NCBI GenBank assembly: GCA_964016885.1 | Contig: OZ024745.1 | Span: 12,090,001 to 12,154,000, forward strand | Source of the DNA: Eledone cirrhosa | Lineage: Eukaryota | DNA: 64,000 bases | Direction: 5' to 3' | Shown here: piece after piece, positions 45,001 through 53,834 of the stretch | Numbering within the stretch: the stretch's first letter is position 1 | Layout: each line of letters begins with the position of its first letter | Translations under genes and position numbers: made by a program | Notes under the pieces: model-generated | Seen by the model: the letters and a program-made list of their open reading frames with translations, nothing else | Told to the model about the DNA's origin: nothing | Database searches by the model: none

Positions 45001-46980
45001 ACCTAAATGAAACAAACCTAGTTATGTCCCTGGTAATGTTTGTTCTCTTACCTAAATGAAACAAACCTAGTTATGTCTCTGGTAATGTTTGTTCTCTTAC
45101 CTAAATGAAACAAACCTAGTTATGTCCCTGGTAATGTTTGTTCTCTTACCTAAATGAAACAAGCCTAGTTATGTCCCTGGTAATGTTTGTTCTCTTACCT
45201 AAATGAAACAAACCTAGTTATGTCCCTGGTAATTTTTGTTCTCTTACCTAGATGAAACAAGCCTAGTTATGTCCCTGGTAATGTTTGTTCTCTTACCTAA
45301 ATGAAACAAACATAGTTATGTCCCTGGTAATGTTTGTTCTCTTACCTAAATGAAACAAACCTAGTTATGTCTCTGGTAATGTTTGTTCTCTTACCTAAAT
45401 GAAACAAACTTAGTTATGTCCCTGGTAATGTTTGTTCTCTTACCTAAATGAAACAAACCTAGTTATGTCCCTGGTAATGTTTGTTCTCTTACCTAAATGA
45501 AACAAGCCTTGTTATGTCCCTGGTAATGTTTGTTCTCCTACCTAAATGAAACAAACCTTGTTATGTCCCTGGTAATGTTTGTTCTCTTACCTAAATGAAA
45601 CAAACTTAGTTATGTCCCTGGTAATGTTTGTTCTCTTACCTAAATGAAACAAACCTAGTTATGTCCCTGGTAATGTTTGTTCTCTTACCTAAATGAAACA
45701 AACCTAGTTATGTCTCTAGTAATGTTTGTTCTCTTACCTAAATGAAACAAACCTAGTTATGTCCCTGGTAATGGTTGTTCTCTTACCTAAATGAAACAAG
45801 CCTAGTTATGTCCCTGGTAATGTTTGTTCTCTTACCTAAATGAAACCAACCTAGTTATGTCCCTGGTAATGTTTGTTCTCTTACCTAAATGAAACAAACC
45901 TAGTTATGTCTCTGGTAATGTTTGTTCTCTTACCTAAATGAAACAAACCTAGTTATGTCCCTGGTAATGTTTGTTCTCTTACCTAAATGAAACAAGCCTA
46001 GTTATGTCCCTGGTAATGTTTGTTCTCTTACCTAAATGAAACAAGCCTAGTTATGTCCCTGGTAATGTTTGTTCTCTTACCTAAATGAAACAAACCTAGT
46101 TATGTCCCTGGTAATGTTTGTTCTCTTACCTAAATGAAACAAGCCTAGTTATGTCCCTGGTAATGTTTGTTCTCTTACCTAAATGAAACAAGCCTAGTTA
46201 TGTCTCTGGTAATGTTTGTTCTCTTACCTAAATGAAACAAACCTAGTTATGTCCCTGGTAATGTTTGTTCTCTTACCTAAATGAAACAAGCCTAGTTATG
46301 TCCCTGGTAATGTTTGTTCTCTTACCTAAATGAAACAAACCTAGTTATGTCCCTGGTAATGTTTGTTCTCTTACCTAGATGAAACAAGCCTAGTTATGTC
46401 CCTGGTAATGTTTGTTCTCTTACCTAAATGAAACAAACCTAGTTATGTCCCTGGTAATGTTTGTTCTCTTACTTAAATGAAACAAGCCTAGTTATGTCCC
46501 TGGTAATGTTTGTTCTCTTACCTAAATGAAACAAGCCTAGTTATGTCCCTGGTAATGTTTGTTCTCTTACCTAAATGAAACAAGCCTAGTTATGTCCCTG
46601 GTAATGTTTGTTCTCTTACCTAAATGAAACAAACCTAGTTATGTCCCTGGTAATGTTTGTTCTCTTACCTAAATGAAACAAACCTAGTTATGTCCCTGGT
46701 AATGTTTGTTCTCTTACCTAAATGAAACAAACCTAGTTATGTCCCTGGTAATGTTTGTTCTCTTACCTAAATGAAACAAACCTAGTTATGTCTCTGGTAA
46801 TGTTTGTTCTCTTACCTAAATGAAACAAACCTAGTTATGTCCCTGGTAATGTTTGTTCTCTTACCTAAATGAAACAAACCTAGTTATGTCCCTGGTAATG
46901 TTTGTTCTCTTACCTAAATGAAACAAGCCTAGTTATGTCCCTGGTAAGGTTTGTTCTCTGACCTAAATGAAACAAACCTT
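1..46980. repeat. 49-bp tandem satellite DNA, ~960 monomers, open at the left window edge
   Basis: Consensus TTTGTTCTCTTACCTAAATGAAACAAACCTAGTTATGTCCCTGGTAATG repeats head-to-tail with a 49-bp period. Monomers differ by only 0-2 substitutions and there are few indels. The array ends at ...AAACAAACCTT (~46980), followed by unique sequence. Confidence 0.99.
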
Positions 46981-47074
46981 TCTCTCCAGAACTGTAACAT
47001 TCTGTAACTCCTTCCTTGTCTGTTGTTCTTAGCTACATTAATCTACGCGTGTTTAGGCTGAAGATAAATTTTAC

Positions 47075-47340
47075 CATTCTGAGAATGTTTAATTAAATGA
47101 TAAATGACGATCTTTCAGTTCATATGTTTAACTGAGCAATACATTTAGATTGGAGGGATTTATAAATATCCTATTTCTAAATATAACCCAACACATATTC
47201 TTCCACTTATATGTAGATTCTCAGCAATGAGGAAGAAGAAATGTATTGTGCACTTAATGCCTTTCCCAAGAACTTCGATAACAAAAGTGAACTGAAAAGT
47301 TCTTATCCATTATCGAAACTGTCTTGCAAAGACCAATTCC
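47075..47340 (-). other. Candidate minus-strand exon (non-coding or terminal coding)
   Basis: On the minus strand there is a strong acceptor TGATTCTCTATGTTTTTATTTCAG|G (AG = plus 47341-47342) and a moderate donor ATG|GTAAAA (GT = plus 47073-47074). All three frames hit a stop; the longest reads GIGLCKTVSIMDKNFSVHFCYRSSWERH*. Supported by splice motifs only. Confidence 0.25.
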
Positions 47341-47855
47341 CTGAAATAAAAACATAGAGAATCACTTCTCGGTGCTCATTATTCTTAAACGAACAAAAGA
47401 GGGGGGGGGGTCTAACATAGGGGTCGGTAAATGATATTTCCAATAATTATGTAAATGAATCTAACAAAAATGGAGATCCTTTCATTTATTCCTTATTTAT
47501 GAATATTTCATAAAACCATATCAAATTTATTCTATTAAAAAACTTGAAGAACAAAGTAAAACTGGAATTGACAGGATATATTCATTATTGCCACTATTAT
47601 TAATAACATCATATAATCAGTTTTTTATATTAGTTAACTGGCGTCATTATCGTTATCATTTTTATACTATTATTTTTCTACAACACCCTATTATTTTTGC
47701 AGTCATTATTAAATATTTCAGTACTTTCAGTGCATAAAACCGAGTGCAACTTTCAGTGCCATGGGTTTGTGCAGTGTTTTGTTTTGTGTTTTGTTGTTTT
47801 TGTTTTATATTTTCTGTTGTACTGAAAGTAGTGAACTCTATGTAATATGTAGACA

Positions 47856-48062
47856 GCGGACTGGGTTGTGTGTTGTGATCTTGAGCAAAACACTTCATTT
47901 CAAGTTGCTCCAGTATACTCAGCTGTAAACAATGAGTATCAGCAACAGCTGGGGAGTTAACCCTGTGATGGACTGCGTCCTGTGCAGGAGGGAGTATTGC
48001 ACTCTCTTGGCACGTCATGCCACGGAAGACGGGATAAATACCTGCCTGATGAGCCTCTCAAC
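47856..48062 (+). mobile_element. 5'-truncated SINE, family B (same family as the 49213 copy)
   Basis: GTTGTGATCTTGAGCAAAACACTTCATTTCAAGTTGCTCCAG aligns with CAAGATACTTTATTTCATGTTGCTCC at 49297. It continues into CCCTGTGATGGACTGCGTCCTGTGCAGG, which resembles the conserved central domain of metazoan V/Meta-type SINEs. Confidence 0.7.
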
Positions 48063-48189
48063 TCGAGACAGACCTTATACTGAAAGTAATGTGCTGTATG
48101 TAATATATACACAGTGCATAGTGGTGTTATTTTCTTTATTTTGTGTATATGTGTCTTCGAGATTTAGTTTTAAAATTGTTTCTACTTTT

Positions 48190-48363
48190 GCCACAAGGCC
48201 AGCAATTACACCAGTGTATTACTAGTACTTTATTTTATCGACCCCGTTAGGATGAAAGGCAAAGTTAACCTCGGCGGGATTTGAATTCAGACCATTAAGG
48301 GCCATAACTCCTTGCTGTAAAGCAGAGCGTCAGACCCTCTACCGATACTGCCAATCCACCGCC
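48190..48363 (-). mobile_element. tRNA-derived SINE, family A (octopus-like), reverse orientation
   Basis: The reverse complement reads GGTGGATTGGCAGTATCGGTAGA...TCTGAATTCAAATCCCGCCGAGGTTAACTTTGCCTTTCATCCTAACGGGGTCGATAAAATAAAGTACTAGT...AATTGCTGGCCTTGTG. This closely matches the copies at 52040 and 60356. Confidence 0.85.
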
Positions 48364-48370
48364 TTGTCAG

Positions 48371-48988
48371 CATCTTTCAGTCGTTCCTATTTCACCTATT
48401 ATTATAAGGATTGTTTCTGTTTTCAATTTCCACATTCTGATTATCTCTATTTCCAGATTTTTTAAATATATGAATAGCATCACCATTTCTTTTACAGATA
48501 TATTCGGCTTCATTATGTCTTGTATGTTCCAGGTGGAATAACTTTGGTCTTATGGCGTAATATAAAAAAACCCTTTCACCTCAGCTTTAAACCCAGTGCT
48601 TGCTCAGTCTAGGTATTTTTTTTTCTTCAGTCTCTTCTGTTTTGTTTATGACTGTCAGATATTGTCCATTTAGGGGGTTTCTTTGTAATCGTCATCACAA
48701 CTTCTCAGTTTAGTTGTGTTTTCACAATTTCTGTTATTTTTTCTCCATTTTCCTCGCAGCTATTATCTCAAACATTTTTTCTTTGCTTTCCTTGAAGACG
48801 AAAAATATATTTTGTTCATGTTTTTATCTTTATTAGTTCCTTTTTATTCTTTATTAAATATTTACAGAAGCTCCTTACGTCCTTAAGTTTGTAATAAATA
48901 TAATGTCTTCGTCGACTTTTAGGTAGGTTATACATAACGCAGTCCTTATCTCCCTTGCTTTCCACTTCCAGTTGATTATTTTCTCTTC
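48371..48988 (-). mobile_element. Degenerate non-LTR retrotransposon fragment (C-terminal, restriction-like endonuclease region; R4/Dong-like)
   Basis: Manual minus-strand translation gives TGFKAEVKGFF...DQS (cf. GLKAETEGFI.AAQDQ) and NISVKE...KNLEIEIIRMWKLKTETILIIIGEIG (cf. KYKDLEIEI.RMW.LKT..IP.I.GALG). It is broken by stops, frameshifts and deletions. Confidence 0.75.
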
Positions 48989-48991
48989 CGT

Positions 48992-49178
48992 CGGTGAATT
49001 GGCAGAATTGTTAGTGTTTCGTTACGGACCTCTACATTCTGGTTTCAAATAGCTCCAAGGTCAACTTAACCTTTCATCCTTCCGGGGTCGATAAAATAAA
49101 GTACCAATCAAGTACTGCATCGATTTAATCGGCTTTCCCATGCCTTAAAATTGCTGGCATTGTGTCTAATTAAAACAT
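48992..49178 (+). mobile_element. tRNA-derived SINE, family A (internally deleted)
   Basis: GGTGAATTGGCAGAATTGTTAG...GGTTTCAAAT...CCTTTCATCCTTCCGGGGTCGATAAAATAAAGTACCA...AAAATTGCTGGCATTGTG, homologous to the other family A copies. Confidence 0.85.
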
Positions 49179-49212
49179 TATTTACTCTTCTGATATCATG
49201 CACCTATGTTGT

Positions 49213-49322
49213 GAAGGCGCGTGGCATAGTGGTTAGAGAGCTGGTTTCACAATCATAGGGTTGTGAGTTCGATTCCCGGCCTGGGAATCGAACTCACAAG
49301 ATACTTTATTTCATGTTGCTCC
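49213..49322 (+). mobile_element. SINE family B 5' head (tRNA-like Pol III promoter) with an internal inverted duplication
   Basis: A-box TGGCATAGTGG (49222-49232) and B-box GAGTTCGATTC (49265-49275). The body CAAGATACTTTATTTCATGTTGCTCC is shared with the 47856 copy. Confidence 0.75.
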
Positions 49323-49384
49323 TTCTGCCAGGATAGTATCAGCTATAGGAATAAAGTTTGGGATATTGCCCACCTTTGGGCTAG

Positions 49385-49521
49385 AGTGTAACTAACATTG
49401 TGATACAGTGTAACTAACATTGTGATACAGTGTAATTAACATTGTGATACAGTGTAACTAACATTGTGATACAGTGTAACATTGTGATACAGTGTAACTA
49501 ACATTGTGATACAGTGTAACT
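49385..49521. repeat. 22-bp minisatellite, ~6 copies
   Basis: Unit AGTGTAACTAACATTGTGATAC; one copy carries a 4-bp deletion. Confidence 0.95.
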
Positions 49522-49534
49522 GTAATATTAGGAT

Positions 49535-50056
49535 ATGGAATAACTGTACTATGGAATAACTGTAGTGTGGAATAACTGTACTATGGAATAACTGTAGTAT
49601 GGAATAACTGTACTATGGAATAACTGTACTATGGAATAACTGTAGTATGGAATAACTGTACTATGGAATAACTGTACTATGGAATAACTGTAGTATGGAA
49701 TAACTGTACTATGGAATAACTGTAGTGTGGAATAACTGTACTATGGAATAACTGTAGTAGGAAATCATTGTACTATGGAATAACTGTAGTGTGGAATAAC
49801 TGTTCTATGGAATAATTGCAGTATGGAATAACTGTACTATGGAATAACTATTCTATGGAATAACTGTACTATGGAATAACTGTATTATGGAATAACTGTT
49901 CTATGGAATAATTGCAGTATGGAATAACTGTACTATGGAATAACTATTCTATGGAATAACTGTACTATGGAATAACTGTATTATGGAATAACTGTACTAT
50001 GGAATCATTGTAGTGTGGAATAACTGTAGTGTGGAATCATTGTAGTGTGGAATCAC
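49535..50056. repeat. 16-bp minisatellite, ~32 copies
   Basis: Unit TATGGAATAACTGTAC, with TAG/TTC/ATCAT variants. Confidence 0.95.
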
Positions 50057-50343
50057 ATTCCTTTCGATCAATTCTTTTCTTTTCAGCATTATTTGGGAGC
50101 TTTGAGGAATTTCTTTAGATTCTCATTATTTTATGGTGTATCAATATAAATGAGTGATGCGGCACTTTTCAGGAGAGAATTTTCCTATATTTCATGCATG
50201 ACATTCAAGTATTATACGGTTTCCATTTGTATTGTATGTCAAGTTATGTTTCCAACAACATTTGTGTAGTGTTAACATAAATTGTCCTCCGTTAGCGTGA
50301 TTACATGTGATAGTCATCTAGCGATTGGGGCAAGAAGTTATCA

Positions 50344-51720
50344 ATATATAACATGTGGGTTATATACAACATATCACATGTGGGTTATATATAATATATT
50401 ACATGTAGGTTATATATAATATATGGCTTATATATAACATATGGTTTATATATAACATATGGCTATATATGACATATGGCTTATATATAACATATGGTCT
50501 ATATATAACATATGGTTTATATATAACATATCGGTTATATATAACATATGGCTATATATAACATATGGCTTATATATAATATATGGTTTATATATAACAC
50601 ATATAACATATGGCTATATATGACATATGGCTTATATATAACATATGGTTTATATATAACATATGGGTTATATATAACATATGGGTTATATATAACATAT
50701 GGCTTATATATAATATATGGTTTATATATAACACATATAACATATGGCTATATATAACATATGGCTATATATAACATATGGTTTATATATAACATATGGC
50801 TTATATATAACATATGGTTTATATATAACATATGGTTTATATATAACATATGGCTATATATAACATATGGGTTATATATAACATATGTCTATATATAACA
50901 TATGGTTTATATATAACATATGGTTTATATATAATATATGGTTTATATATAACACATATAACATATGGCTATATATAACATATGGCTATATATAACATAT
51001 GGTTTATATATAACATATGGCTATATATAACATATGGTTTATATATAACATATGGTTTATATATAACATATGGCTTATATATAACATATGGCTTATATAT
51101 AACATATGGCTATATATAACATATGGGTTATATATAACATATGTCTATATATAACATATGGTTTATATATAACATATGGTTTATATATAACATATGGGTT
51201 ATATATAACATATGGCTATATATAACATATGGCTTATATATAACATATGGTTTATATATAACATATGGTTTATATATAACATATGGTTTATATATAACGT
51301 ATGGTTTATATATAACATATGGCTATATATAACATATGGTTTATATATAACGTATGGTTTATATATAACATATGGCTATATATAACATATGGTTTATATA
51401 TAACATATGGTTTATATATAACATATGGCTATATATAACATATGGTTTATATATAACATATGGCTTATATATAACATATGGCTATATATAACATATGGCT
51501 TATATATAATATATGGTTTATATATAACATATGGTTTATATATAACATATGGCTTATATATAACACATATAACATATGGGTTATATATATGTTATATGTT
51601 ATATATATGTTATATGTTATATATATGTTATATGTTATATATGTTATATATATAACATATATGTTATATATGTTATATATATAACATATATGTTATATAT
51701 GTTATATATAAACCATATAT
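50344..51720. repeat. AT-rich 17/18-bp minisatellite with an inverted terminal segment
   Basis: Unit TATATAACATATGG(T/C/G)T(T)A. From ~51580 the sequence switches to TATATGTTA-type, reverse-complement motifs. Confidence 0.93.
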
Positions 51721-51837
51721 TAGGGGAAGTACATTAAAATACGTTAATGTATTACTTAAGTGAGTATTTATCAGTATTTTCAGATGGTTTGGATTTTTTT
51801 GTTATTATTTCATAAGTATTAATGGAAATATTTCACA

Positions 51838-52040
51838 GTTGTGTTGTTGTTGTCGTTATCGTCGTTGTTGTTGTTGTTGTTGTTGTTGTTATTGTTGTTG
51901 TTGTTGTTGTTGACGTCGTCGTCGTCGTTTTTGTTGATGTTGCTGCTGCTGTTGTATAGTTATTGTTGTTACTGTTATCATCATCATCATCATCATTATT
52001 ATTATTAGTATTATTATTGTTTTTGTTGTTGTTGTTGTTG
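51838..52040. repeat. Compound trinucleotide microsatellite (GTT/GTC/GCT/TCA/ATT)
   Basis: Consecutive runs of GTT, GTC, TCA and TTA directly upstream of a SINE. Confidence 0.95.
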
Positions 52041-52251
52041 TGGATTGGCAGTATCGGTAGATCGTCGGACACCCTGCTTCGCGGCATAGAGTTATGGCCC
52101 TTTAGATTCTGAGTTCAAATCCCGCTGAGGTTAGCTTTGCCTTTCGTTCTTAGGAGGTCGATAAAATAAAGTACCAGTAATGCACTGAGGTCATTTAATC
52201 GACTTTCTGCTCCCCTAAAATTGCTGGCCTTGTGTCTAAATCAGAAACCAT
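52040..52251 (+). mobile_element. tRNA-derived SINE, family A, near full length
   Basis: A-box-like TGGCAGTATCGG and B-box GAGTTCAAATCC. Core GCCTTTCGTTCTTAGGAGGTCGATAAAATAAAGTACCAGT and 3' end AAATTGCTGGCCTTGTGTCTAAATCAGAAACCA. Confidence 0.88.
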
Positions 52252-52254
52252 TGA

Positions 52255-52930
52255 TGTCCCTGCAGTATAGTTTTCCATTTTCTCATAAGCTGTAGAATGT
52301 ATTTGTCTATTATTGAAGTAATTTTACTCATGGCTAATGTTTCCCTAATCCGCTTGTGGGCAACAGTCAAAAACTCTCTGGTAGTTAATTCATGACATAC
52401 CAAGACCCTTCTTTTCTATTTTATAGTCATCAGTTGATCGATAATTGATCATGGCAGGCACTCGAGTCTTTTCAGCATCAATTCTACTCTTCTGGGAGCA
52501 GTTCTTTTTATGTTTATTTATTCTCAGCGATATTATTGCAGTTAAAGTTTTGTAACCTGTGAGGAAACATGTTATGGATTTGCAATTTTTACATGATTTT
52601 GTTTTCCTTATTGAAATTGTCACGTGTTATGCCTGATCCGCCATTATCTTATTAAACATCCTTGTTCACACCTTATGTGGACCTTGAACTAGAAAGTTGG
52701 GATCTTGTCCTCACCTTCTGCCTCATCTACTGTGATGGACTCCTAAGATTGTTCCGATGTTGTGTTCGATATTTCGAACAATCTAAACCATACTCATTCC
52801 TTCGCTGTTTATTCTATTCCCTAGAATATTTATACAACTCCTGCTATTAGTATTGCATTGATTTCTATTTTATATTTACCTAATTCTTGATAACTTTTTA
52901 CATTGAAATCGAATTGATTGTTTGTGTTCA
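52255..52930 (-). mobile_element. Degenerate non-LTR retrotransposon reverse transcriptase fragment (R4/Dong-like)
   Basis: Minus-strand translation gives GEDKIPTF*FK (cf. PGPDKI.NFWLK), KNCKSITCFLTGYKTLTAIISLRINKH (cf. KNYRPITCLPT.YK.LT.II), KGLGMS*INYQRVFD (cf. NLSMAWIDYKKAFD) and PHKRIRETLAMSKI...LMRKWKTIL (cf. PHSWI.E.L...M..WKT.L). It includes the ORF-track ORF 52390..52623. The upper boundary is approximate. Confidence 0.85.
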
Positions 52931-53027
52931 ATAAACTGTCGCCACTTTACATAACAACGATTTCTTTGTTATTTAGCCATAATCTCTTGTTTCAAGCGTT
53001 CTTTGATGTCGGATATTGTTGTATTGG

Positions 53028-53175
53028 TGAGGCAGCTAATTGGCTGAGTCGTTAGAACAACAGATAGAATATTTGGCGCTATTTGTTCAGGTTCTGTACT
53101 TTCTGAGTTCAAAACTCGCCCAAGTCAACTTCCGTGTTCAACATTGGTCGATAAAAGAAGTACAAGTCTAGTACA
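53028..53175 (+). mobile_element. Diverged SINE, family A
   Basis: TTGGCTGAGTCGTTAGA...TTCTGAGTTCAAA...GTCAACTT...GGTCGATAAAAGAAGTACAAGT. Confidence 0.7.
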
Positions 53176-53234
53176 GGAGACGATTCTTCCTCTACAACTC
53201 TTTCTCACCTCCTCTCTATCACTCTCTCTCTCCC

Positions 53235-53755
53235 GCTGTTGCTGTTGTTACTGTTGCTGCTGTTGCTGTTACTGCTGCTGTTGTGCTGTTGCTGCGGCTG
53301 TCCTTACTGCTGCTGTTGTTATTGCTGTTGTTGTTGTTGCTGTTGTTGTTGTCGTTGTTGTTGTTGCTGTTGTTGTTACTGCTGCTGTTGTTGTTGCTGT
53401 TGCTGTTGTTACTGTTGCTGCTGTCGTTGTTGTTGTTGCTGCGGCTGTTGTTACTGTTGTGATGTTACTGTTACTGTTGCTGCGGCTGTTGTTACTACTG
53501 TTGCTACTGCTGCTGTTGTTGCAGCTGCTGTTGTTACTGCTGCTGTTGTTGTTACTGCTGCTGTTACTGTTGTTACTGTGGCTGCTGTTGCTGTTGTTGT
53601 CGTTACTGTTGTAGTTGTTATTGCTGCTGTTGTTGATATTGTTTTATTGCTGTATTTTTTTGTTTTGTTATTATACTTGATGCATTGTTGTTGTTTGCTC
53701 CTATTGTTGTTGTTGCTGCTGCTGTTGCTTCTGTTGTTGTTGTTGTTGTTGTTAT
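53235..53755. repeat. Degenerate (GTT/GCT/ACT)n trinucleotide tract
   Basis: About 520 bp of interleaved GTT, GCT and ACT triplets. It is the source of the spurious poly-C/V/L ORFs. Confidence 0.95.
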
Positions 53756-53834
53756 GCCATCCTAGTTATTTGAAGGTTGCAAATTTTTCAGAAACGATTA
53801 TTTATGATATTTCATGTTGTGTATTCCCACAATT

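Noticed and set aside
1-46980. CRISPR array or coding repeat
   Set aside because: There are no unique spacers and no cas genes, and the context is eukaryotic. The 49-bp period is not a multiple of 3 and the ORF track shows no ORFs here.
47662-48225. 118-aa and 97-aa ORFs
   Set aside because: They overlap SINE and low-complexity sequence and have no recognisable domain.
49216-49290. tRNA gene
   Set aside because: A and B boxes are present, but there is no convincing acceptor stem or cloverleaf, and the sequence continues into a SINE body.
50548-51684. ITYGLY/YNIWFI repeat ORFs
   Set aside because: These are translations of the 17/18-bp AT-rich minisatellite with constant frame switching.
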